Origin: Acholeplasmataceae bacterium
GTDB lineage: Bacteria > Bacillota_I > Bacilli_A > Acholeplasmatales > Acholeplasmataceae
Assembly (NCBI GenBank): GCA_963676765.1
Contig: OY781159.1
Location: 848,021 to 912,020, forward strand
Length of the DNA stretch: 64,000 nucleotides
Direction: 5' to 3'
The translations under genes and the position numbers were made by a program. Every line of letters starts with the position of its first letter. Within the stretch, counting starts at the first letter, position 1. Positions 30,846 through 39,564 of the stretch are shown here, piece by piece. The notes under the pieces are model-generated. The model did no database searches. It saw only the letters and a list, made by a program, of their open reading frames with translations, and was not told the DNA's origin.

Positions 30846-30946
30846 ACATGTATAAAGGCAAAACCGAAGGAATTCGGTGACGCAAAACTAAAGGGCCTAG
30901 AACAGGTAGCCAGTTGTCATGGGAAATCATGACTGCTGGCTTTTTG
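30846..30946 (+). ncRNA. c-di-GMP-I (GEMM) riboswitch 2 with terminator
   Basis: Bases 30864-30915 identical to 30744-30795; terminator GCCAGTTGTCATG-ggaaat-CATGACTGCTGGC-T5. Confidence 0.9.
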
Positions 30947-30981
30947 TATATATATTGTTTTAAAAGAAATTTGACATAAAA

Positions 30982-31085
30982 ACATGTGAAAAGCAAACCC
31001 GGAGAAATCCGGTGACGCAAAGCTATAGGGCCTAAAATAGGTAGCCAGTTGCCATCAAGCGTATTTGATGACGGCTGGCTTTATT
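30982..31085 (+). ncRNA. GEMM-I riboswitch 3 (A20 variant) with terminator
   Basis: AGCAAAC-CCGGA-GAAA-TCCGG-TGACGCAAAGCTATAGGGCCT...AGGTAGCCAGTTGC; terminator AGCCAGTTGCCATCAAG...TTTGATGACGGCTGGCT-TTATT. Confidence 0.88.
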
Positions 31086-31103
31086 GTTATAAGGAGAGAA
31101 TCC

Positions 31104-31826
31104 ATGAAAAGACTTTCAACCGTTACTGCAGCTAAAAAATTAACAAAAAGAAATCGCATATTTACAATCGGAATTTTAATTAGTGGTATTTTATCAGCTG
31201 TTCTTGGTGTGGTTACATTTTATGGTCAACAAGCCGGAAACTTCGTCATGAATGTCGATTATGAAGCTTACAACAGAGGAATTGTGATTGCTGATAATAG
31301 AACAATGGCTGATGCTGGTCCACAATTGATTAGTGGTTCCGTAGAAGATGCTAAAGATGTCACTTACCGTTGGTTAGACATTCAAAGTGCAGTTGAAACA
31401 GATGGAAATTTTTACGATCCTGATCTCACGTATATGGCGTACACATTCTATTTGCAAAATGCTGGTACAGAAGTAACTGATGTCATATACAGTATGAGAA
31501 TTACAGATGTTTATAAAAATTTAGATGAAGCAATAAGAGTTATTTTAATTGATGATGGCATTGAAACCATTTATCAAAAACAAGATGAAGCTGATGAATT
31601 TGGTGTTCTTCCAACTTATCCAGTTTCGATGCCAGATGCTGAAATGTTTCTAGATGATGATACAGTATTTAGAAACGTTGTTGAAAGTTTTGGACCAAAT
31701 GAAATTAGAAAGTTCACAGTAATTGTTTGGCTAGAAGGGGAGGACCCTGATACAAACGATGATATATTAGGTGGCTTAATTAAATTTAGAATGACATTTT
31801 CAATTGATGGAGATATCATTCAATGA
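31104..31826 (+). CDS. Exported pilin/TasA-like protein A (hypothetical)
   Basis: Basic N-terminus plus hydrophobic segment, acidic beta-rich body, C-terminal VWLEGEDPD; ATG after AAGGAG. Confidence 0.55.
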   Translation: MKRLSTVTAAKKLTKRNRIFTIGILISGILSAVLGVVTFYGQQAGNFVMNVDYEAYNRGIVIADNRTMADAGPQLISGSVEDAKDVTYRWLDIQSAVETDGNFYDPDLTYMAYTFYLQNAGTEVTDVIYSMRITDVYKNLDEAIRVILIDDGIETIYQKQDEADEFGVLPTYPVSMPDAEMFLDDDTVFRNVVESFGPNEIRKFTVIVWLEGEDPDTNDDILGGLIKFRMTFSIDGDIIQ

Positions 31827-32797
31827 GAAAAGTAAAATATTCGATTATCTTACTGCTCATCATGGCAATCTTATTAGGAACTGTGACTTATGCTTGGATC
31901 AGCTTATCGTTTATTAATAATATTGAAGGTATGCGTTTAACAGCAACCACTGGTGATGAATTGCAAATATCATTGGATGCTGAGCATTATAGTAGTGAAA
32001 TTTCAAATGAACAGTTAGAAGAAATCTTTGAAGATATTCGATTAACTGATGTTACAAGTATTGATGGTATTAACTTTCATACAGGCGGTTTAAGAGAAGT
32101 TGGTATTGCTGTTCCTAATCAAGATTACTTATCATTTGATCTTTATTTCCAAACAGTAGAACCGGTACATACAGTTTATTTGGCAAACAATGTATCAAAC
32201 GAAGTAAATTATGATACAGCTTCAACTGGCACATATGTTGTGTCACAAGGTGTTGAATGGACGACAAATATTGATTTTCAAAATGGTCCATCAATTGACG
32301 ATATCATTCGCGCTGGGACAAGTGACACGTATTATGGAAAACATGCAATTCGCATGAGTTTCCAAGAACTAAAAGATGAAGAAAATGTATTAGATGTTAG
32401 AGAGCAAAGTGAATTAAACACACTCATCTTCGATCCTTCAGAGGATCCTAGTAGAGGATATGGGCTCAGATATGGTGCGTATAGTTACTTCATACAAAGA
32501 ACTAGATATTATATTAGAACACCATTAGAGGAACCTAATACAATATATCACTTATCAGATGTTGATCCTACAAATCCTTATGTAACTTATGATGAAGAAT
32601 CGCTATTACTCACACTACAAGAAACAAACTTCCAAGATGGCGAAGGAAAGACATACTATCGTGGACAACTTAAAGTGAACATATGGGTTGAAGGTTGGGA
32701 TGTAGATGCGTTTGATGCCATTGATAAAGACTTAATTAGAGCGCAACTACAGTTTAAATTATTACAGTATTTAGAAGAATCACCAGTGTTGAATTAG
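31823..32797 (+). CDS. SipW-class signal peptide protein B
   Basis: Signal ends LGTVTYAW; C-terminal IWVEGWD. Confidence 0.65.
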   Translation: MRKVKYSIILLLIMAILLGTVTYAWISLSFINNIEGMRLTATTGDELQISLDAEHYSSEISNEQLEEIFEDIRLTDVTSIDGINFHTGGLREVGIAVPNQDYLSFDLYFQTVEPVHTVYLANNVSNEVNYDTASTGTYVVSQGVEWTTNIDFQNGPSIDDIIRAGTSDTYYGKHAIRMSFQELKDEENVLDVREQSELNTLIFDPSEDPSRGYGLRYGAYSYFIQRTRYYIRTPLEEPNTIYHLSDVDPTNPYVTYDEESLLLTLQETNFQDGEGKTYYRGQLKVNIWVEGWDVDAFDAIDKDLIRAQLQFKLLQYLEESPVLN

Positions 32798-32854
32798 CTT
32801 AACGAGAGTTAATTAAAATAAAAAAAGATTAAAAGATTAAAGGAGACTAGAAAA

Positions 32855-33760
32855 ATGTCAAAAATCACAAGAAAACTCGTATTATCAATTTTAACGGTTG
32901 TCTTAACAGTGGCAGCACTTGGAACGACAACATTTGCGTGGTTCACACTTACAAACACTGCAACAGTTCAATCATTTGATGCAGAAATCGTTGCCGATAC
33001 CGGTATCGAAATTGCTTTGGATAACACAGGAAATCCATTGCTATATGATTGGAAAACAACAATTACGACACAAGACGTCTATGATTATATGACGGCTGTG
33101 TATGGGGAAGATTCATTTAGATTTAATAATGTTACTACGACAAACGGTACATCATTTGCTGATCTAGAAGGTACAGTTACAACAGCTGGTTATTTAGAAT
33201 TACCAATTCATTTCCGTTCACCAGATGCTACTGAAATCTTCATGGATGCATTCACATTGACTTCAACACCATTCTCATGGACATCATCAAATGAAACATT
33301 TGTTAACGAACATGGTGATACAATTTCTGCTGGCGACTCATTTAACGTTAATGCTGCGGATGCATTCCGTATGTCAGTTACAGGTACAATTTCATCAGCT
33401 TCAGTAACAACAGCTTATGAAAATCCAACAAGTGGTACAAACTACAATTTACCACAAGATTCAAATACAACACCGCTTGATTTAATAGCTAGTGATGGAT
33501 CAGTTAGTTTCTATGAAGCAGTTACTGCTACGGAACCTAATGGTGTAACATCAGTTAGTGTTGTAAATACAATTACTGTTATTGATGGTGATGCAAATAT
33601 TCTTAAAGTTGCGGATTTAGCTGGTGGACAAAGTGGTACTGCTGGTGCAGAATACTTTGGTTCAATTACAATTAGAATTTGGTTTGAAGGTTGGGATCCT
33701 AATGCTTATAATGCTTTATTAGGTAGAATCGTATCATCAACACTTCACTTTACGGCTTAA
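32855..33760 (+). CDS. SipW-class signal peptide protein C, candidate major fibre subunit
   Basis: Signal ends LGTTTFAWF; Thr/Ser/Asp-rich; C-terminal IWFEGWD; followed by a stable RNA structure. Confidence 0.7.
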   Translation: MSKITRKLVLSILTVVLTVAALGTTTFAWFTLTNTATVQSFDAEIVADTGIEIALDNTGNPLLYDWKTTITTQDVYDYMTAVYGEDSFRFNNVTTTNGTSFADLEGTVTTAGYLELPIHFRSPDATEIFMDAFTLTSTPFSWTSSNETFVNEHGDTISAGDSFNVNAADAFRMSVTGTISSASVTTAYENPTSGTNYNLPQDSNTTPLDLIASDGSVSFYEAVTATEPNGVTSVSVVNTITVIDGDANILKVADLAGGQSGTAGAEYFGSITIRIWFEGWDPNAYNALLGRIVSSTLHFTA

Positions 33761-33781
33761 TATAATATATTAATTATGATT

Positions 33782-33843
33782 CTAGTCTGGTAAGTGTATC
33801 TGTTTATCAGATATGCTTACCAATCCTTATTGGATTAGACTAG
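33782..33843 (+). other. Intergenic three-way-junction RNA structure without U-tract
   Basis: CTAGTCT/AGACTAG encloses a 14-bp hairpin (33789-33821) and a 5-bp hairpin (33822-33836). Confidence 0.6.
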
Positions 33844-33868
33844 TTACGACTTAATAAAGGAGTTACGT

Positions 33869-34573
33869 ATGAAAGAAAACAATTGGAATGCTAAACGCAT
33901 TTTAAAATTAATTGCTAACGTTATATTTTATGCTGTTATTGTATTTCTCATGATTTTTTCAATAGCAAATATTAGAGTACAACGTGAAGATAACTTAGCT
34001 AATGTTTTCGGTGTAGGTATGCTTTCTGTACAATCTGACTCAATGAAAGGCACGTTTGAAACCGGAGATCTATTATTCGTTAGCATGTTAGGTGAAGATG
34101 ATTTTGCTAATTTGGAAATTGGTGATGTTGTCACATACTACGATACATCTTTAGAAGCTTTTAATACGCACAGAATTGTTGCGATTGACCGAGTGGAAAG
34201 AATGTTAACAACACAAGCTGATTATAACTATGAAAGTCCAGGAGATCCAACATTTGCGGATAAGTCTGTTAGCTTTGATAGTGTAATTGCAACTTATAAT
34301 GGTTCTATGATTGCTGGTTTAGGTAATTCACTTGACTACTTACAAACACCAGTCGGATTTGCTTTATTCATTATTTTGCCAGTACTTTTAGTGCTTATTT
34401 TTGAAGGTGTCTTATTAGCTAGACATGTCATGGCATTAAACCGTGAAAAACTAGAAGTAAAATATGCAGAAGAACGTGAATTGGCAGCACAAAGCATTGA
34501 ATCAGAACGTGAACGTATGCGTGCTGAAATTCTTGCTGAAATGAAGAAAGAAAAAGCTATACATGCAAATTAA
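33869..34573 (+). CDS. sipW: Signal peptidase I, SipW/archaeal (S26B) type
   Basis: SVQSDSM (Ser), GDLL, THRIV (His rather than Lys), second TM and charged tail. Confidence 0.85.
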   Translation: MKENNWNAKRILKLIANVIFYAVIVFLMIFSIANIRVQREDNLANVFGVGMLSVQSDSMKGTFETGDLLFVSMLGEDDFANLEIGDVVTYYDTSLEAFNTHRIVAIDRVERMLTTQADYNYESPGDPTFADKSVSFDSVIATYNGSMIAGLGNSLDYLQTPVGFALFIILPVLLVLIFEGVLLARHVMALNREKLEVKYAEERELAAQSIESERERMRAEILAEMKKEKAIHAN

Positions 34574-34592
34574 TTAATCAGGAGTATTTTTT

Positions 34593-36131
34593 ATGGTAGA
34601 GTTCGCTCGTTACTATATTGACCTGTTACGAAACTTTTTCATTAATGTCGGTGAATTCTTTAGTGCTGTATTTCAAGCATTCGCCGATTTCTTTGTTCGT
34701 AATGTGGGTGAATATTTTAATAGTTTTATTACTGCAACAGCACAATTTGGGCTACTTGATTGGGTCATGGCATTCGTCGTCATTGTCATCAATTTGGTCT
34801 TTTTCGTGTTTTTGATATTAAAACTCTATCAGTGGATTTCTAAATACGCGCGCTTCGTCGGGCGCGAGATAGAAAAAGACGAATTACTTGAAGAAATTGC
34901 GTTCTTAAATCAGAAAACAGTCGAACTTGTGGATGAACGTAATAAGATCTTAGCTTTAAAAGTTTCTAACTTAGGATTAAGTCCTGATGAAGAGTTAAAA
35001 GCTGAAGAAAAGATTTTGGAAGAAGAAATTAAGGAGAAAGAAGATTCTCGCTTCATCAAACTTATCGCAGTAGATGAAGAGTATAAGAACCGTGTTACAC
35101 AAATTCATATGCAAGAAGAAGACATGATTAATTTGAACGAACTTGTTACAAGGTTCATTAATTTTGCAGCAAACCGTTTAGGTTTGTTTTATAACAGACA
35201 GATCATCTCAGCATTCTTTGCTGGTATGGCTTCCTCTAAAACGATGATTTTAGAAGGGATATCTGGTACTGGTAAAACATCACTGCCTTATGCAATGGGT
35301 AAATTCTTCAACAATGACTCCCATATTATTGCCGTGCAGCCTTCATGGCGAGATCGTGCAGAAATGATGGGTTATTTAAACGAATTTACGAAACGCTTTA
35401 ATGAAACGGAGTTCCTAGAAGCGATTTATGAAACAACATATCATAACGATATAAATATCATCGTGTTAGATGAAATGAACTTGGCACGTGTTGAGTATTA
35501 TTTTGCAGAATTCTTATCACTCTTGGAAATGCCTGATAAAGATAAATGGTTAGTGGATGTTGTCCCTGATGAACTACCTTCTGATCCAGCACATCTTCAT
35601 CGTGGGAAATTATTGTTGCCGCAAAACGTCTGGTTTGTCGGTACAGCCAATAAAGATGATTCAACCTTTACCATTACCGATAAAGTATATGACCGTGCAA
35701 CTTCTATCGTTATTAATACAAAGGCAGATTACATTGATGCTCCTGAAACAAAAAGTATTACGATGAGTAATGACTACTTACAAGAATTATTTAGAGCTGC
35801 ATCAGATGAACATCAATTATCATTAAAGGCATTAAAAAATCTTGAACGCTTAGATAAATTCATTACTGAAAACTTTAAAGTCACATTTGGTAACCGTATC
35901 ATGAAACAAATTCGTGCATTCGTACCTGTATTTGTCGCATGTGGTGGTAGTGAAAATGAAGCGTTAGATTATATGGTAGCAAGAAAAATATTCAGAAAGT
36001 TTGAAGGATTGAACTTACCGTTCTTACAAAAAGAAATAAATGACTTATCAGCATTATTAGAACGATTATTTGGGAAGAACTCATTTGCTGAATGTCAAGA
36101 TTTCTTAACATCGATTAAGAAAACATTTTAA
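34593..36131 (+). CDS. Membrane-anchored McrB-like AAA+ NTPase
   Basis: Hydrophobic segment near aa 55-80; Walker A GISGTGKT, Walker B LDEMNLARVEYYF, GTANKDDST (NxxD), KVYDRA. Confidence 0.8.
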   Translation: MVEFARYYIDLLRNFFINVGEFFSAVFQAFADFFVRNVGEYFNSFITATAQFGLLDWVMAFVVIVINLVFFVFLILKLYQWISKYARFVGREIEKDELLEEIAFLNQKTVELVDERNKILALKVSNLGLSPDEELKAEEKILEEEIKEKEDSRFIKLIAVDEEYKNRVTQIHMQEEDMINLNELVTRFINFAANRLGLFYNRQIISAFFAGMASSKTMILEGISGTGKTSLPYAMGKFFNNDSHIIAVQPSWRDRAEMMGYLNEFTKRFNETEFLEAIYETTYHNDINIIVLDEMNLARVEYYFAEFLSLLEMPDKDKWLVDVVPDELPSDPAHLHRGKLLLPQNVWFVGTANKDDSTFTITDKVYDRATSIVINTKADYIDAPETKSITMSNDYLQELFRAASDEHQLSLKALKNLERLDKFITENFKVTFGNRIMKQIRAFVPVFVACGGSENEALDYMVARKIFRKFEGLNLPFLQKEINDLSALLERLFGKNSFAECQDFLTSIKKTF

Positions 36132-36145
36132 CCATTAAGGAGTAT

Positions 36146-38008
36146 GTGATGAAACATTTAAAAGAATTAAAAGAATTTCATCAAGCCATCACAAATGCTT
36201 ATTACGGCATTGAAATGGAACAATCATTTCCAAATCATTTCTATGACGCTCTTCTTTCTGGTGAAAACGAAATGTATCAAAAATCAATTACTGAAGTGAA
36301 ATCATTTCATGTTGATTGGATACCAACATTAGAATCATACTTACCATCGATTAATAAAATTATTATGGATCCGAAGTCTGGATTGCGTTATGAACAACCG
36401 GTTGTCGCTATCGAAAAAGCAAAAAAAGTGAATGCACAATCGATTCGTCATCTATCTATGCACTCTCATCTGGTTAAAGAAATCAGAGGTGATATGGTTA
36501 TTCCTAAAAAGATTATGACGACACAAGCAGAAATAGATTATGGTATTTATGAAAACCGATTTATGAAAACACTTATTCAGCGCTTGTTTGATTTTGTATT
36601 TCGCAGATACAATCTCATTAAAGCAAACATTGAATCGTTTAATAAAAGGCATTTTGATCTCAAAAGTAAATTTCAAATGCAAGATACGAATATTGATTTA
36701 GATATTCATGTTGCATTTACAGAACAGGCTGATAATGAAGCAGTCATCAAAAAAAACAATGAGATGCTACATCGGATTGAAGGACTGATGAAGCAAATCA
36801 ATGGCTTTATGTCGACAGTGTTTTGGGAAGAGATTAAAAATGTTAAACCAGTACAACCTCCAATTATGCAAACATCTATTCTCTTAAAGAATATTGACTA
36901 TAAGAACTGCTATACACTATGGTTATACCTAGATCGCTATGGCAACTTAGATTTTGATAATGACGTGAAAGAGAAGAATTTAACATTCGATCAATATTAT
37001 ACGAAAAATGTTTACCAGATTGCACTACAAACAGTCTCAATGATTTATGGTAATCAACTTGCTTTAGAAGATCATTATCAATATTTAAATGAAAAGGAAT
37101 ATCGTAGAAGAAGTCCTAAAATTATTAACAAGACATTAAATGAATTGTTAACACAAGATCAAGTTGAACAAATGGAAGACTTCACCTTAAATGAATATTT
37201 CTTAGAGCAAAGTAAAAAACAGTTTCAACAATTACTAGAAGATAAGCAAGAAGAATCATCAAGTTATGATGTTGCATTAAGAAGAGCACTTCGCGACACC
37301 ATACAAATTACAAACGCACTATTTGAATCGTATTTTGATTTAAATGATAAACCTGAAGGCGAAGACTTCATGTTTAGATCGCTTGTTAAAGAATCAACAT
37401 TTGATCAACTACAAACTGCCAGGCAAAGAGCACGTATTATGAAGATTGTTAGGGAAACAAAAGAAGTCGATTATAATAATATGATGCGTTTAGAAAAAAG
37501 AATTCTAAAAGAAATTGATTACTTAAACAAACAATATCTTGAAGAAGAGAAGGATAAAATTGAAAAAGAAGCTAAGCAAAAAGGTTTAGCAGAGAAGCTT
37601 AAACTTGAACGTCGTAATGCAGAAAAAGATCAAGCAAGAATTACACGTTATCTAAATTACGTTTCTAATCAACATAAAAAATTAGAGGCACAACATCGTA
37701 TAACAACTGAAAAAATTAGAAAAACTAGAGTTAAAGTTAAGGTCTCTGAAAAACAAATTATTGCAGCTGAAAAACGTAAGGCTAAGGCAGCGTATCATGA
37801 AGCATTAAAACGCATCCAAGAGCAGTATAAAACAGATAAAACAAAACTCCAAACACAACTTAAAAAACAACAAGAAAAGGATAAAAAGCGTTTAGAAACA
37901 CAATTGATTAATATTGAAAAAGCTTCTCGAAAACGTATTGATACAGAAAAGAAAAAGATAGAAAAACGTTATGCAAAAAAACTTAAAAAAGCGAGTAAAA
38001 ATGCGTAA
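36146..38008 (+). CDS. DUF2357-like protein with long C-terminal coiled coil; no visible nuclease
   Basis: DYGIYENRF motif; last ~170 aa Lys/Glu-rich helical; no PD-(D/E)xK or DAKY motif seen. Confidence 0.65.
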   Translation: MMKHLKELKEFHQAITNAYYGIEMEQSFPNHFYDALLSGENEMYQKSITEVKSFHVDWIPTLESYLPSINKIIMDPKSGLRYEQPVVAIEKAKKVNAQSIRHLSMHSHLVKEIRGDMVIPKKIMTTQAEIDYGIYENRFMKTLIQRLFDFVFRRYNLIKANIESFNKRHFDLKSKFQMQDTNIDLDIHVAFTEQADNEAVIKKNNEMLHRIEGLMKQINGFMSTVFWEEIKNVKPVQPPIMQTSILLKNIDYKNCYTLWLYLDRYGNLDFDNDVKEKNLTFDQYYTKNVYQIALQTVSMIYGNQLALEDHYQYLNEKEYRRRSPKIINKTLNELLTQDQVEQMEDFTLNEYFLEQSKKQFQQLLEDKQEESSSYDVALRRALRDTIQITNALFESYFDLNDKPEGEDFMFRSLVKESTFDQLQTARQRARIMKIVRETKEVDYNNMMRLEKRILKEIDYLNKQYLEEEKDKIEKEAKQKGLAEKLKLERRNAEKDQARITRYLNYVSNQHKKLEAQHRITTEKIRKTRVKVKVSEKQIIAAEKRKAKAAYHEALKRIQEQYKTDKTKLQTQLKKQQEKDKKRLETQLINIEKASRKRIDTEKKKIEKRYAKKLKKASKNA

Positions 38009-38028
38009 TTAAAAAGGAGGTTGAAACG

Positions 38029-38793
38029 ATGCATAAGTTAAAGATTAAAGAACATCGTAAATTAACGATCGTTTCACTTCTATATGTATTGTTTGCAGTA
38101 TTTATGTTAACGGTCGTAACTTATGCATGGTTTACGTTAACTGACCAGAATAGTGCTCATTTAATTGAAGCTGTTTCCGGTGTTGAAGCCGAGTATGAAT
38201 ATTATGTGTATAATGATGCATCTCACACAGGATCATTAGAACCAACACTTATTGATAATGTATCCACAACAGGCGAAAATTTAGCATATGAATATATTCC
38301 TAATCCAACCGTTGCTCATTTAATTGATGGTTATATTGCACCTGGAGAGATATTCTCGTTCGCGATTAAGATTATAAATGTTGGTACGGATATTGGTTAT
38401 TTAAATTTAAGTTTAACAAATGTATTCTCTGAAGGATTTGAACGAGAAGAAAATCGTATTCAAAATGCGTTGTATTATGAAATTACAAATATTGTTCAAA
38501 CAGATGGAGTAACGGAATCAAGTGACATTAAAGATGATGCACCTACTGTCTATTGGCAAGATTATTTAGATGATGTCGATCATAGGAGTTATCCAATGGT
38601 TAAAAATGTGCCATTAGGAGCTACACCTACAAATAGACAAACAATTATATTTTTTGATATCGTCTTTGATCCAACTGTATATGGGTTTGATATAGAAGGA
38701 GAACCTTATACTAACTCAAATATTTTCATGGGTCAAAAAGTTACCATTAATCAAATATATATGACTATTTCGCCTAATCCGGAGGTTATATGA
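38029..38793 (+). CDS. SipW-class signal peptide protein D
   Basis: Signal ends LTVVTYAWF; acidic beta-rich body. Confidence 0.65.
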   Translation: MHKLKIKEHRKLTIVSLLYVLFAVFMLTVVTYAWFTLTDQNSAHLIEAVSGVEAEYEYYVYNDASHTGSLEPTLIDNVSTTGENLAYEYIPNPTVAHLIDGYIAPGEIFSFAIKIINVGTDIGYLNLSLTNVFSEGFEREENRIQNALYYEITNIVQTDGVTESSDIKDDAPTVYWQDYLDDVDHRSYPMVKNVPLGATPTNRQTIIFFDIVFDPTVYGFDIEGEPYTNSNIFMGQKVTINQIYMTISPNPEVI

Positions 38794-39491
38794 AAAATGT
38801 TGCATCTAAAATCCTAACTGGATTTGCTATATTAATCTTCATATTAGCCATTGGGATTATGATTGCTGGAACAATCGCGATGCGTCGTAATGAACCAGTC
38901 TTCATCTTTGGTTATGCGTTAGCTGTCGTCCCAACTGAATCCATGGTGGGTGATCAAGATGATTCTCTTGATATTAATGATCTAGTTATCATTAAGCGAA
39001 TTGATATCAGTGAAGTGAATGTGGATCAACATCCAGTCATTGTTTATCAAGGGGTTGGTAATAACGGGTCCGATATTTTAATTATTCACCGTGTTGTTGA
39101 AGAGACTGAAGAGGGGTTAGTGACACAAGGCGATAATACGGAAACAAATCCGATATCTGACCAAGCAGCAGGAATACAGGATTATATAACAGCAGATAAT
39201 TTTCAAGGCATATATGCCTTTAAAATAACATTTTTAAAACCCATAGCAAATATAATGACAGATTCAAGAACAACTATATTTGCGATTATCGTTGTAATAT
39301 TAGTCATGATATTATTAACAGAACTTATTCATATTGTTAAAACAATGCATGAAAAAAAGAAAGATGACATGGCAAAACAGCATGAATCCTATATTGCATT
39401 AATGAAAGTGAAGCATCGTAGGGAAATAAAAGATGAACTTAAAAAAGAGTATATGGCAAACTTAGAGCAATCTAAGGACGCAAAGCTATAG
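38790..39491 (+). CDS. sipW: Second SipW-type signal peptidase I
   Basis: VVPTESM (Ser), IIHRVV (His), TQGDN, second TM and charged tail. Confidence 0.82.
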   Translation: MKNVASKILTGFAILIFILAIGIMIAGTIAMRRNEPVFIFGYALAVVPTESMVGDQDDSLDINDLVIIKRIDISEVNVDQHPVIVYQGVGNNGSDILIIHRVVEETEEGLVTQGDNTETNPISDQAAGIQDYITADNFQGIYAFKITFLKPIANIMTDSRTTIFAIIVVILVMILLTELIHIVKTMHEKKKDDMAKQHESYIALMKVKHRREIKDELKKEYMANLEQSKDAKL

Positions 39492-39542
39492 GGCCTTAAA
39501 GAGGTAGCCAGTTGCACCAATGATTTGGGCAGCTGGCTTTTA
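39445..39542 (+). ncRNA. c-di-GMP-I riboswitch 4 overlapping the 3' end of the second sipW CDS, with terminator
   Basis: GGCAAAC-TTAGA-GCAA-TCTAAG-GACGCAAAGCTATAGGGCCT...AGGTAGCCAGTTGC; terminator AGCCAGTTGC...GCAGCTGGCT-TTT. Confidence 0.88.
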
Positions 39543-39564
39543 TGCTTTAAAAGAAGAGGATAAT

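Noticed and set aside
30721-31085. CRISPR array or simple tandem repeat (120-bp period)
   Set aside because: Units are too long, only three, fold as GEMM aptamers with terminators, and no cas genes are present.
34593-38008. Ordinary McrBC restriction system
   Set aside because: No DNA-recognition domain or nuclease motif is visible; B has a TM anchor; the genes are tightly embedded in a secretion-type operon. Not fully excluded without profile searches.
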